NCBI GenBank assembly: GCA_043803765.1
Contig: JAZDJQ010000007.1
Coordinates: 1-55,504, forward strand
DNA length: 55,504 nt
Reading direction: 5' to 3'
Source: Candidatus Iainarchaeum sp.
Lineage (GTDB): Archaea; Iainarchaeota; Iainarchaeia; Iainarchaeales; VGJJ01
The notes below the pieces were generated by a model. The model was not told where the DNA came from and did no database searches. It saw only the letters and a program-made list of their open reading frames with translations. Each line of letters starts with the position of its first letter. Within the stretch, counting starts at the first letter, position 1. The position numbers were made by a program, and so were the translations under genes. Below, one piece after another: positions 19,397-29,301 of the stretch.

Positions 19397-21355
19397 ATGC
19401 CCGAGATTCCTCCATCTGAATTGGGGAACATCCCTGTTTATCCAAGCGCCTTTTCCGCAACGAGTAAAGCTTCTGCACAGAAACAAGAGAAAAACTCCTC
19501 GTCGATGCCTTATTCATCTGCCATGGGTTCTCTTTCCCCTTCGAGCAAAAATCCTTCTAAGCAGGTGATTTCTTCCAATCTGCCAGTTGAAACCAAGATG
19601 TTGGATGAGGTGATTCGTTATCTTGCTCAGAAAGGAGAGACATCTCTTGAAGAATTAAGTAAAATGCATGGGTGGAAACCCCTTGATTTGGAAAAACTAC
19701 TCAAATTGCTTGAAAATAGGGGAATTGTTCAGCTTAATTATCCTGCGTCGATTCTTCAAGGACCTAAAGTCAAATTGATTCGAAAACTGGTGGAAGCCAT
19801 TCTTCCCATCCCTGAAGGGGAAGTAATGGAGCAATATACATTTACCGCGGACAAGGTGGAAGCAAGCGTACATGTTATTATGATTGAGCAGGAGCGGCGT
19901 CCATTTTATGCATTAGGCGTGCAGACGTTTGGGCCTTACACGCAGGAAGTATTAGAAGAGTTGCGTGAAAAAGTCGCATCTAATATTCCGATTGAAGCCG
20001 TTGATTTAGCGGATATGGAACAAGCTAAAAGTCTTAAGGAGCAGTTTGGACGGACGGCGAAAGGGGAATTAGCCAATGTGTTCAAAGGAATGGATGAAAA
20101 AATTCTTGATTCGCTTGCAGGGCACATGTTGCACACATTGTATGGTTTAGGGGAAATGGAACTCGTTCTGGCGGATAATAATTTGGAGGAAGTAGCAATT
20201 AATTCTGCCAAAAGTCCCGTAGCAGTATATCATCGTCAGTATGGGTGGATGAAAACAAATCTTGTCATGCCAAGTGAGGAACACATTCAAAATCTTGCGG
20301 CTCAAATTGCTAGGAAGAATGGAAGAGAGATAACTAATTTGCATCCTATTCTGGATGCGCATCTTCTCACAGGAGACAGGGTGAATGCGACATTGTTTCC
20401 TATTTCTTCTACGGGAAACACGATTACCATTCGTCGTTTTTCTAGAAAACCTTGGACGATTATTGATTTTATTGGGAAAGACAAGACCATGTCGGTTCAA
20501 ATGGCAGCATGGATCTGGCTTGCAACACAATATGAGATGTCGGTTTTGGTTGCGGGAAGTACTGCTTCTGGAAAAACAAGCATGTTGAATGCGCTTGCTT
20601 CATTTATTCCATCTCATCAGCGCGTGATTACGATTGAAGATGTGAGGGAGCTCAATCTTCCCGATTACATTAAGTGGAATTGGGTTCCTCTTACTACGAG
20701 GAATCCTAATCCGGAGGGAGCGGGAGAAGTGAACATGCTGGATTTGCTTATTTCCTCTTTGCGTATGCGTCCGGACCGATTGATTATGGGGGAAATGCGC
20801 ACGCGTGCGGAAGCCGAGACACTTTTTGAGGCCGTTCACACGGGGCATAGTGTGTATGCCACCATTCATGCGGATTCTGCTCGGCAAGTGTTGCGTCGTC
20901 TCATTGAGCCTCCTATTGCTATTCCCCCATTAGAGGTAGAGTCGATTGACTTGATTGTGGTCCAATTCCGCGACCGCAGAACGAATGTGCGCCGATTGTA
21001 TGAAATGGCGGAAATTGAAACCGGTACGACTAAAGAACAGTTGGGAATCAATAATATTTTTCGCTGGTCGGCACGAACCGATACGTTTGATAAGGTGAAT
21101 GAACCCACTCGTCTTATTCAAAAGTTGAATTTGCACACGGGGATGTCCGAGAGGGAAATCCAAGAGGAATTATTGGAGCGAATTAATATTCTTACATGGA
21201 TGCTCAAATATGATTATTCGACTACGGACCAAGTTGGAAATGTAATGTATGGTTTTTACGCCGACCCTTCTCGTATAAAGAAAATGGCGCAGGATGATGT
21301 AGACCCTTTCACGGTTTGGAAAGAAGAAAATTCGACGATGGAAAAGAGGGGTTAG
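19397..21355 (+). CDS. Type IV pilus assembly ATPase (PilB/TadA/ArlI family)
   Basis: Walker A GSTASGKT, TIED Asp box, LRMRPDRLIMGE Walker B, TGH...TIHA His box. Confidence 0.93.
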   Translation: MPEIPPSELGNIPVYPSAFSATSKASAQKQEKNSSSMPYSSAMGSLSPSSKNPSKQVISSNLPVETKMLDEVIRYLAQKGETSLEELSKMHGWKPLDLEKLLKLLENRGIVQLNYPASILQGPKVKLIRKLVEAILPIPEGEVMEQYTFTADKVEASVHVIMIEQERRPFYALGVQTFGPYTQEVLEELREKVASNIPIEAVDLADMEQAKSLKEQFGRTAKGELANVFKGMDEKILDSLAGHMLHTLYGLGEMELVLADNNLEEVAINSAKSPVAVYHRQYGWMKTNLVMPSEEHIQNLAAQIARKNGREITNLHPILDAHLLTGDRVNATLFPISSTGNTITIRRFSRKPWTIIDFIGKDKTMSVQMAAWIWLATQYEMSVLVAGSTASGKTSMLNALASFIPSHQRVITIEDVRELNLPDYIKWNWVPLTTRNPNPEGAGEVNMLDLLISSLRMRPDRLIMGEMRTRAEAETLFEAVHTGHSVYATIHADSARQVLRRLIEPPIAIPPLEVESIDLIVVQFRDRRTNVRRLYEMAEIETGTTKEQLGINNIFRWSARTDTFDKVNEPTRLIQKLNLHTGMSEREIQEELLERINILTWMLKYDYSTTDQVGNVMYGFYADPSRIKKMAQDDVDPFTVWKEENSTMEKRG

Positions 21356-21356
21356 G

Positions 21357-22241
21357 ATGCGCGTCCGGTTCATGCTTTTTTCTATTGAGGATGGAAACGC
21401 GCTTCCTTCCCGGGTAGTGGGAATTGGAACGCATATTGTGCGTTTTTTTCCTTCTCTTGATTCCGTTCTTAAGCGTGCGCGTTTGCCTATTGCTCCTGAA
21501 AATTATGCGGCCACGGCCCTTCTTTCGGGGATAGGATACGGGGTATTTTTTGGTGTTTTGTTCACGGTGCTGTCATTCTATTCGATGCAAGAAATTACGT
21601 TGTATGCATTCCATGTTGGAATCGCATTAGGAATGGTGGGTTTTCTCTCTGCTTTTGTTTTGCATATGGTGTATCCTCATATTCTGGCTCAAAAGACGGC
21701 AGGAGGAGTAGAACAAGGATTGATGTATGCGCTTCGTTCGCTTCAAATACAAGTGAATTCGGGCGTTGGATTGTATGATGCCATGGTGAATGTGGCGCGC
21801 AGTGATTATGGGATGATTAGTGACGAATTTGAGACGGTGGTGCAGGAAATCAATGCAGGGGTAAATGAGGCCGCGGCATTGGAGCGATTGGCATTGCGTA
21901 CGGATTCTGCTTTTTTGAAAAAGACGATTTGGCAGCTTGTTACGAATATTCGATCCGGTTCCTCCATGAGCGCGGCGTTGCAGTCGATTGTTACCACGCT
22001 TACGGAGTTTCAGTCTAGGAGCATCAAGAATTATGCGGCTGAATTGAATATGTGGATTCTCATTTATTTGCTTGTTGCCGCGGCCCTTCCTACGATTGGT
22101 ATTACATTCATGGTGATTCTTTCTTCTATCGGGGGATCGGATATTTCGCCGGATACGATTTATCAGACGGTTGGTTTTGCTTTCCTTGTGCAGATTATAC
22201 TCATTGGTTTTATTGGGTCGCGCGCCCCGAGGGGGTATTAG
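21357..22241 (+). CDS. Type IV pilus platform protein (TadB/TadC, T2SSF family)
   Basis: Multi-TM; SGV.L..A, YG.IS.EF...V.EI..G, AL..LA.R motifs; follows the ATPase. Confidence 0.88.
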   Translation: MRVRFMLFSIEDGNALPSRVVGIGTHIVRFFPSLDSVLKRARLPIAPENYAATALLSGIGYGVFFGVLFTVLSFYSMQEITLYAFHVGIALGMVGFLSAFVLHMVYPHILAQKTAGGVEQGLMYALRSLQIQVNSGVGLYDAMVNVARSDYGMISDEFETVVQEINAGVNEAAALERLALRTDSAFLKKTIWQLVTNIRSGSSMSAALQSIVTTLTEFQSRSIKNYAAELNMWILIYLLVAAALPTIGITFMVILSSIGGSDISPDTIYQTVGFAFLVQIILIGFIGSRAPRGY

Positions 22242-22243
22242 GT

Positions 22244-23269
22244 ATGATGCAGGAAGTATGGTATCGTCTCGCGCGCACACTTCCAACGAAATGGCAGTCA
22301 TGGGCGGAGAAAAGAGTGCGTCAATCTGGATTGAAAATAGAACCGCTTGTTTGGCTGGCCCATTCTGTAATATGGGTGTTCATTGGGAGTGTTGGAATGG
22401 GAATTGTTTTCTATTTTGTTTCTCCATGGATTGGAAGCTGGTTTTCGTCGATTATTCCTAGCTTTTTTCTTTCTCCTGCGTGGTGGGGGGTAATTGGTTT
22501 CATTCTTGGAATTGTTTTTTCAGTCGCAGTAAGATGGTTGCGCCTATACTATGTTATTGAAAACCGACGAAGGAAAGTGGAAGAGATTCTTCCCGATTTT
22601 TTGCTGCTGGTAGCGGGAAATATTCGTGCGGGAATGACTAGTTTTTCGGCATTCAAGAGTTCTCTTCGTCCTGAGTTTGGTGCATTATCGGATGAAGTTC
22701 GTCATGTTACTTCCCGTTCGCTTGGAACGGGTTCGTTTACTACTGCATTAATGCAGGTGAGTGAGAATGTTGAATCGCAGAGTTTGAGTGAGAGTGTTCG
22801 TTTTTTTGTTCAGGCATCCCGTAGCGGGGGGAAAGTGGCCCAATTGTTGGAGAACACCTCGAATGATTTGCGGCGTACGCAGGATTTGAAAAAGGAATTG
22901 GAGAGCAGTACGCGCACGTATATTATTTTTGTCGCATTTGTGATGGTGATTGCGACTCCTTTGTTGATGGCGGTTTCCGTAGCGTTTGTGGAATTAATTA
23001 CCCGTATTCAATCCCAATCGAGTATTGGGGGCGCTGCGGGAGGATTAGGCTTTTTGGGTGGAATGCTTACGATTACTCCTGCATTTTTGGAGGGAATGGC
23101 CCTTATTTTGCTTATTGGGAATTCCATTCTTGCGGGTTTTTTCATGGGAACCATTGGGAAGAATAAGCCTCTTTTGGGTCTGCGATTCAGTCCTATTATG
23201 TTTGCCGTATCCGTGATTGTTTTTTGGTTGGCACAGGGAATGCTGGCGGGTCTTTTGGGAGTGAGATAA
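22244..23269 (+). CDS. Type IV pilus platform protein (TadC, T2SSF family)
   Basis: LPDFLLLVAGNIRAGMT, RPEFGALSDE, SGGKVAQLLE; start set to ATG 22244. Confidence 0.88.
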   Translation: MMQEVWYRLARTLPTKWQSWAEKRVRQSGLKIEPLVWLAHSVIWVFIGSVGMGIVFYFVSPWIGSWFSSIIPSFFLSPAWWGVIGFILGIVFSVAVRWLRLYYVIENRRRKVEEILPDFLLLVAGNIRAGMTSFSAFKSSLRPEFGALSDEVRHVTSRSLGTGSFTTALMQVSENVESQSLSESVRFFVQASRSGGKVAQLLENTSNDLRRTQDLKKELESSTRTYIIFVAFVMVIATPLLMAVSVAFVELITRIQSQSSIGGAAGGLGFLGGMLTITPAFLEGMALILLIGNSILAGFFMGTIGKNKPLLGLRFSPIMFAVSVIVFWLAQGMLAGLLGVR

Positions 23270-23325
23270 ACATACTTAAATAGGGGTTCGTTCTCCATGG
23301 GGAAGTAAGGAGCAGGTGATTAAAC

Positions 23326-23775
23326 ATGCGTATGAATAGGGGACAGGGAACGACAGAATACTTGATTATTTTGGCAATTGTGATTGTGATCGCCCTTGTG
23401 GTAGTGGGCGTGTTAGGTGGCTTTCCAGGTATCGGGCAGAATATTAATGAGGGACAAAGCAAAGCGTATTGGGGGGCCGCTCAACCATTGGCGTTGATTG
23501 ATTGGCGTGTAGCGCAATCAGGTTCCGGTTCATTAGTGTTTCAAAATCAGACTGCGAATACGATTACGTTGAATTCTGTTGTGTGGGATGGGAATACTGT
23601 TTCGGTAGGACAATCCCTTGGTCCGGGGGGAAAATATACGGTTACAAGCACATCCATTCGATGCATCACGGCAGGGCAATCGTATGGGTCTTCCCTTTCA
23701 TACAACTATAATACTCCGAACTTGAGCGATATTGACTTTAATGGAACCACGAGTGTGGCGGGAAACTGCCAATAA
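23326..23775 (+). CDS. Type IV pilin (probable major pilin)
   Basis: NRG|QGTTEYLIILAIVIVIALVVVGVL class III signal peptide; aggtga RBS. Confidence 0.9.
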   Translation: MRMNRGQGTTEYLIILAIVIVIALVVVGVLGGFPGIGQNINEGQSKAYWGAAQPLALIDWRVAQSGSGSLVFQNQTANTITLNSVVWDGNTVSVGQSLGPGGKYTVTSTSIRCITAGQSYGSSLSYNYNTPNLSDIDFNGTTSVAGNCQ

Positions 23776-23850
23776 CCTTACTGGATTACGGGCATCCAAC
23801 CTAATCCTTTTATAGGAAAACAACGTTCCTGAGAGCACGTATTGGGAGTT

Positions 23851-23919
23851 AGGGAGGGAGCCATACTGCAACTTGTTGCAGCTCCCTGGTTCCTCCCCTT
23901 TGTCTTTTTCTTTTTTTTT
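23851..23919 (+). terminator. Stem-loop followed by a long T tract
   Basis: agggagggagcca...tggttcctcccct stem with inner tgcaac/gttgca hairpin, then tttttc-t9. Confidence 0.5.
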
Positions 23920-23971
23920 GTAATGCAGCGTGGCTAAACCCGTTCATGTGTTCGTTAAAAAAAGAATAAAA

Positions 23972-24670
23972 TTATTTTCCAAATCGTCTTTGTCTTGTGT
24001 CAAAATCGGTGATGGCCGTATTCAAATCCTCTTGTGAGAACTCGGGCCAGAACTTGTTGAGGAATAATAATTCGGAGTATACGCTTTGGTAGGTGAGGAA
24101 GCCTGATAATCGTTGCGTGTACCCTGTTCGAATAATCAAGTCCGGGTCCTTGAAATCAGCATAGAGATACTTTTTGAATGAGTCCTCATTAATTGTTTCT
24201 ACATCCACTTTTTTGTTTTTTACATCTTCTGCAATTTTTCGTGCCGCATCCACGATTTCAGTACGGCCATTATACCCAATCGCAACGTTAATCATGCGTT
24301 TGGCGTATTGGGCGCTTCTCTCTTGGATGAGATTCATTTTTTCGCGTAAATTAATTGGGAATTTTTCGATTCTTCCTAAAAATTGGATAGCAAACTCATG
24401 AGTGGAATAGGCTTCTTTTTTGATAATATAGTCGGCTTCCTTTTCAAAAATGCGGAATAATACATCTAATTCTGTCGTGGAACGAGTAATATTTTCTAAT
24501 GAGAGCGTGTAAAATGTTGCCACTTTTATTTGGGAATAGTCGGCCAGCCATTGCATGACATCCCATGAACGCTGTGTTCCCATTTGATACGCATGGGCAA
24601 GCGTGAGTCCATTGGCCGCAGCATAACGGCGGTTACCATCTGGAATAAAAGCGATTGATTCGAGGGACAT
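23972..24670 (-). CDS. uppS: Polyprenyl (undecaprenyl) diphosphate synthase
   Basis: IAFIPDGNRRYA, YTLSLEN, YNGRTEI, DPDLIIRTG..QRLSGFL, RRFG. Confidence 0.95.
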   Translation of the reverse strand: MSLESIAFIPDGNRRYAAANGLTLAHAYQMGTQRSWDVMQWLADYSQIKVATFYTLSLENITRSTTELDVLFRIFEKEADYIIKKEAYSTHEFAIQFLGRIEKFPINLREKMNLIQERSAQYAKRMINVAIGYNGRTEIVDAARKIAEDVKNKKVDVETINEDSFKKYLYADFKDPDLIIRTGYTQRLSGFLTYQSVYSELLFLNKFWPEFSQEDLNTAITDFDTRQRRFGK

Positions 24671-24750
24671 GGGAAATCATTTTCCTTATTCCACTAAGGA
24701 AGGAGCGGGCAATATTTAAAGGATGCCCCCTTTGATAAAAAGGAAGCGTC

Positions 24751-25038
24751 ATGGATGAAAATACGCGTGAATTAACCCCTGCTGAAAGGGAGAAACTATT
24801 GAAAGAGTTGAGGGATCGGCTTAGGGAAATTGACCAGATGAAGCGTGCTCTTCACTTGGATGAGGGAAAATCGTCTACTGAAGAAATGGAAAAAGAAGAA
24901 GATGAAAATAAGAATAGTGAACATGTTCGTGCGGCTGTGGAAGAATTGAAAGTTCCTTCTCTTGAAATACTGCAGGATTCCCCTTCTAGTAGTAAAAAGA
25001 AAAAGGGGGAAAATAATGCCTCGGAATCCATGGCATAA
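24751..25038 (+). CDS. Hypothetical charged protein
   Basis: 95 aa, Glu/Lys-rich; tttaaa TATA upstream. Confidence 0.55.
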   Translation: MDENTRELTPAEREKLLKELRDRLREIDQMKRALHLDEGKSSTEEMEKEEDENKNSEHVRAAVEELKVPSLEILQDSPSSSKKKKGENNASESMA

Positions 25039-25408
25039 TCGTTTGAGTAAACCATTACTCCTACGCAGGGGAAATGGTTTTTTTCTCACTCGTGTTCGGC
25101 ATGCAACAAGTTCAATTGAACGAATGAAAGGATTAATCGGAGTGAAGCCCTCTCATCATACGTATGGATTGGTTTTCCATTTGAATAATCCAAGTATCTT
25201 ATCGGCAAGCATTCACATGCTTTTCATGCAAATGCCCATTGATGTAGTGTGGTTGGATAGTAAACAAAAAGTGGTTGATTGGAAAGGGAATATTAGGCCG
25301 TGGACGCTTCATCATTCACCATTTTCCCCAGCAGCCTTTATCATTGAATTACCATCTCACACGCTTACTCGTATTCCGTTAACGGTAGGGAAAAAAATAG
25401 AGTGGTAG
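25016..25408 (+). CDS. DUF192 family protein
   Basis: RMKGL, SIHMLFMQMPIDVVWLD, PW, IIELP; start estimated. Confidence 0.85.
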   Translation: MPRNPWHNRLSKPLLLRRGNGFFLTRVRHATSSIERMKGLIGVKPSHHTYGLVFHLNNPSILSASIHMLFMQMPIDVVWLDSKQKVVDWKGNIRPWTLHHSPFSPAAFIIELPSHTLTRIPLTVGKKIEW

Positions 25409-25657
25409 AACGGGGGATGCCGTTGTGAAAAACGGCAATCCACCCAATTGCCTTTCTGGCGAGTGTTTTTTCCAATGAGATGGAGTGACATCATGAAGGA
25501 AGAAAGCCCGCGTCCACTTTGAGGAATTGAACTAAATAAATTTTTTCCTTTACTAATGGAAATGCCTTTTCACTTTCTTTCCTAAAAAAAACAACCATTA
25601 TCTACATAAAATAATTTTCCATGACCATTTAATCATTTTGGAAAAGCCTCGCATGAG

Positions 25658-26671
25658 ATGAAAACGCATACGTATGACCCGCTCATTCCCCAATGGGGGT
25701 GGGATGTAAAAAAAGACAGCCATCTAACAGCATGGAAAGGAACATGGGTTTCCCTTTCGTTGGAAGAAAAAGACCTCCTTGTTCAAGCACTCGAATTATT
25801 CTATGCCAAACCATTCGCCAATCAAACAGAAAACACTCTGCGCGAGGCATTAGAAGAGGTGATTGCTTCCTATGATTGGATTGTAGACCCGGTTCAGGCT
25901 GATTATTTACTGGCGGTCCTCTCGACTCACACATTAGGGGCGGGACCGCTAGCCCCTCTTCTTCATCTCCCAACAATAGAGGAAATTAGTATTACTGGAA
26001 TTGGAGAATCCCATCCGGTTAGGGTTTTTCGTTCTCCTACGGGTTGGGAGGAAACCCCTCTTTTTTTTACCCATGAAGCATACCCTATTGCGCTCCTTAA
26101 TCGTTTGGCAATGAAAAGCGGGTTGCGTCTTACGGCTAAAACCCCTGTTCTGAATGCCATGCTTCCCCATCATCAGCGATTGCATGCGTCCATTCCTCCT
26201 ATTTCTCAAACGCCCCTTGAAGCAAGCATTCGATGCTTCACCATGAGGGAACGTTCTCTTTCCCTGCTTTGCAGGAATAATACTATTTCTCCTTCTCTGG
26301 CAGCATACCTGCACCTCGCATTGTTATGCGATGCCAATATTCTCATTGCAGGAAATACTGGAAGCGGGAAAACGACAACGCTTAATGCATTGCTTCATTC
26401 CCTTGATCAACGTGAACGGATTATTCTATTAGAGGAAACTCCCGAATTGCAGGTTCATCACCCCCATGTCGTGCGTCTTATCCCGAATGAGGATGCGGGA
26501 ATGGATTTAGCACAACTCATTAGGGAAACGCTTCGCATGCGTCCGGATAGAGTAGTAGTAGGGGAAATGCGCCATCCTTCTGAAACAAAAGCATGGATGG
26601 AATCCATCCTTGCGGGGCAGGGGAAAGGAACATCCACGGGTTTTATCTCGTGTAAACTACCATTATTTTAA
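25658..26671 (+). pseudogene. CpaF/TadA-like secretion ATPase, 3'-truncated
   Basis: Walker A GNTGSGKTT and LRMRPDRVVVGE present; similarity stops at GQGKGT, before the T-x-H-A His box seen in the 19397 paralogue. Confidence 0.75.
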
Positions 26672-26731
26672 TCCAAAAATTAGAATTAAGTGGAGATAAA
26701 TATGAGAAGAGGTTCGAGAATTTAAATTTTT

Positions 26732-27604
26732 TTACTGCATCCATGATCGTAAACGCGAAGTATCTCCACCGTTTGCAATTTCGCTGGCCCAATAAAGGTA
26801 TTCTTTGAATTCACGCCGTCGTGATTCGTCCTGGATGGTGGATACACGTTTTTGGGCGGCAGCTATTTCTCTTCTGGCAGTTTCAGGATTGATATGGGCT
26901 AGTGCAATAAGCGACTGACCTACGACATTCGAATTATATTGATAATCTAATCTAAGTTGTTCTTTCAAAACCGGAACCGCTTCTCTCACTCTAAAATGCC
27001 CAAAAAACTTGATCATCTCAAGACGAGGCCCCCAATCCACAAATATGTTAGGTGATTTTAGTAATTTGATGAATAGTCTAGCCGAACTTCTTGAGCCCAG
27101 AATATTTAGTGCGCGAATGATTTCATATTCATTATTTCCAAAATTTTTGGCTTTGGGTCGCTGCAGTGCCTTTTCAAGTACGGGGATGGACTCTTGGCAA
27201 TTAAGAAGCGCTAAAATAGCCGGCGCGTCTGCTCCGACACCGGGTCCTATGTAATATTCCATTACTTTTTGTCCCAGCCAGCGTGTAAGGACATCCTGCT
27301 TGATTCCATTTTTATTCATCACAACAGACAATTCTCTGAGTCCCGCTTGACCATCTCTTAACATCGCAGGATTCAATCTAAATCCTTTTTTGGTAAGAAT
27401 CCGAATGGGTTGATGAAGAATCCTTCCTGGAATATTGATTTTGTCCACTGCTTTTGAAAATTCAGGTGTTGGCTTATTGCCTTTTCGCCGAGGAAACCGC
27501 ATTCCCTTAGCTATTTTATATTGATTGCGTAATGAACGATTTACCCCGCCTGGAAGCGAAGCAGGTTTTTTCCCGCGCAAAAAACGTTGAATGGGTGTTC
27601 GCAT
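26732..27604 (-). CDS. HEAT-repeat protein with a basic N-terminal region
   Basis: Repeats such as ESIPVLEKAL, IIRALNILG, EAVPVLKEQL, SLIALAHIN. Confidence 0.7.
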   Translation of the reverse strand: MRTPIQRFLRGKKPASLPGGVNRSLRNQYKIAKGMRFPRRKGNKPTPEFSKAVDKINIPGRILHQPIRILTKKGFRLNPAMLRDGQAGLRELSVVMNKNGIKQDVLTRWLGQKVMEYYIGPGVGADAPAILALLNCQESIPVLEKALQRPKAKNFGNNEYEIIRALNILGSRSSARLFIKLLKSPNIFVDWGPRLEMIKFFGHFRVREAVPVLKEQLRLDYQYNSNVVGQSLIALAHINPETARREIAAAQKRVSTIQDESRRREFKEYLYWASEIANGGDTSRLRSWMQ

Positions 27605-27656
27605 GTTGGATCATTCAATTTTCAAATATATTAAGTTACCTTTCCAATAAGGTTGG

Positions 27657-27803
27657 TTACTCTGAGCTGGGAATTCCTGTCTTTCGTTTCAATTCCTGGT
27701 ATTTTTCATACTCTTCTAAAAAGTACAAGAACGTTTTGGAATGTAATTTCTTGAAATCTGCTAAATCTTTCTTAATTTGTTGAGTTTGTACCTGTATTGG
27801 CAA
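27657..27803 (-). CDS. Small hypothetical protein (~48 aa, below the ORF-track cutoff)
   Basis: TTG start after a GAGGTGA RBS; MPIQVQTQQIKKDLADFKKLHSKTFLYFLEEYEKYQELKRKTGIPSSE. Confidence 0.45.
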   Translation of the reverse strand: MPIQVQTQQIKKDLADFKKLHSKTFLYFLEEYEKYQELKRKTGIPSSE

Positions 27804-27853
27804 AGCCAATCACCTCAACCAAAGCCACTGTCGTCAGTCCACTAATAAGTGTT

Positions 27854-27883
27854 TTGTCTGATTTGTCCAGACTTTTCGGACAA
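27854..27883. promoter_or_regulatory. Palindromic operator, copy 1
   Basis: ttgtctga-N14-tcggacaa; 26/30 identical to 36074-36103; ttaatc 7 bp downstream. Confidence 0.65.
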
Positions 27884-27949
27884 AAACCATTTAATCCACC
27901 TCCAAAGGGTGTGAATGTAAGGAAAAAAAATTTTGGGAGGTTCAACACC

Positions 27950-28246
27950 ATGCGAAAAATAATTCCAGTTGTGGTCATGCTCTTGCTCTTTAGCGGATTG
28001 GTTTTCGCTCAAAACGCAAGCGTAACGGACATCACGGCTCCAATTGACAAAATTTATGAATTGATTAAATCCGTTGTTTCGATTCTGGGAATCATTGCGA
28101 TTACGGCGGCCGGTGCTTGGTATATGTTTTCGGGAAATAATATTCAATCCCGCGAAAATGCCAAATCAATGGTATCCTACTCTATCGTCGGACTTGTATT
28201 GGTCTGGGTCGCGCCCTTGATTGTCAACTATCTTACGGCCCCCTAG
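27950..28246 (+). CDS. VirB2/TrbC-like conjugative-type pilin
   Basis: Signal peptide plus two TM helices linked by SG.N...RE.AK; ggagg RBS; start ATG 27950. Confidence 0.8.
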   Translation: MRKIIPVVVMLLLFSGLVFAQNASVTDITAPIDKIYELIKSVVSILGIIAITAAGAWYMFSGNNIQSRENAKSMVSYSIVGLVLVWVAPLIVNYLTAP

Positions 28247-28263
28247 AAAGGAGAATAACCGGT

Positions 28264-29301
28264 ATGAAGACACCATTCGAAATCCTGATTCCCTTTCTTC
28301 TTACCGGCCTCCTATTATTCGTTCCGTATGCTCACGCTGAAGATGATTCAATCATCAACATCAATATTGATGTGCAAGGAATCATCAACGCCGTGAACGG
28401 AATTGGCTCGGGAATATCGGGAACAATCAATAGTATTCCAAGTCAGGTTTTAGGTGTTTTCGGGGACGCATTCAAGGGTTCGCTTGTCGGATTTAATGAT
28501 CCTCTCATGCAATTATCCCAAACCTTGCTCACATCCAATCCCGATCCTTCTGGGTTGTATGGTTGGTGGCAGTCAATGGTAATAGTCATTTCATCATTCT
28601 ACCTTTTAATTTTCTTATTTGTTGGACTCCTTTTTCTATTTTCAGCTCTCAACCTCGAAAAAAGAATGGAGGCAAAGGAATGGCTCAAAAACGCATTCAC
28701 CATGATTATTCTCGTCAACCTTTCCTTTGTTATCTATGGATTAATACTCGAACTCGCGACCGCAATAACCCAATATATGTGGATTAGTGGTTTCCAAAAC
28801 TTCTTCGACACGAGCGCACTATCCGAGATGAGTGCCGCTACTCTACTCATTTATGGTCTAGCGGTATTGCTTACCGCTATTACATTATTTGTTCGCCACA
28901 TTTTTCTCTTGATAGGAGTCGTTCTTTTTCCACTCGCCATTTTCTTGTATTATGTTCCTCCATTGCAATCTTGGGGTCGTATGATTCTCAACCTCATCGG
29001 ATTTGCACTATTCATGCAATTCCTAGACGTGGTTATTTTCGTTGCAAGCAATCAGACCATGCAACAGCTCACGGGAAATGCTGGACAAAGTTTTGTTCCC
29101 GCGCTGGCGTTCATCATCATTTTCCTGCTCAACCTTTTACTCATGTTTTACGCCGGACTAAAATCAGTATTTACCGCTACCGAGAACTCAAAGGTATTAG
29201 GTTTTGCAATTGGTGCAATGACTGGACAAATTGCAGGAGCGATAGCCTCCCTCAAAACGATTGGCAGTCCTCCCACTCCCTCGAAGGAGATCAAGGTATG
29301 A
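28264..29301 (+). CDS. VirB6/TrbL-like polytopic membrane protein
   Basis: Signal peptide and about seven TM helices; sits between the pilin and the PrgI-like gene. Confidence 0.7.
   Translation: MKTPFEILIPFLLTGLLLFVPYAHAEDDSIININIDVQGIINAVNGIGSGISGTINSIPSQVLGVFGDAFKGSLVGFNDPLMQLSQTLLTSNPDPSGLYGWWQSMVIVISSFYLLIFLFVGLLFLFSALNLEKRMEAKEWLKNAFTMIILVNLSFVIYGLILELATAITQYMWISGFQNFFDTSALSEMSAATLLIYGLAVLLTAITLFVRHIFLLIGVVLFPLAIFLYYVPPLQSWGRMILNLIGFALFMQFLDVVIFVASNQTMQQLTGNAGQSFVPALAFIIIFLLNLLLMFYAGLKSVFTATENSKVLGFAIGAMTGQIAGAIASLKTIGSPPTPSKEIKV

Noticed and set aside
18967-19568. ORFs 18967-19431, 19086-19352, 19126-19419 and 19332-19568
   Set aside because: They overlap tRNA-Ser(TGA) or the ATPase start and have no protein-like motifs
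22052-22243. Long upstream extensions in the ORF track (also at 27797, 28971 and 51604)
   Set aside because: They overlap upstream genes or promoters; downstream ATGs have RBS, TATA or stop-overlap support
19397-23775. Archaellum operon
   Set aside because: No archaellin or ArlH/ArlF/ArlG-like genes; two T2SSF genes plus a pilin fit an adhesive type IV pilus
25409-25657. Possible ncRNA (tgccgtt/aacggca hairpin)
   Set aside because: One short hairpin right after a stop codon; no RNase P or SRP motif; most simply a terminator
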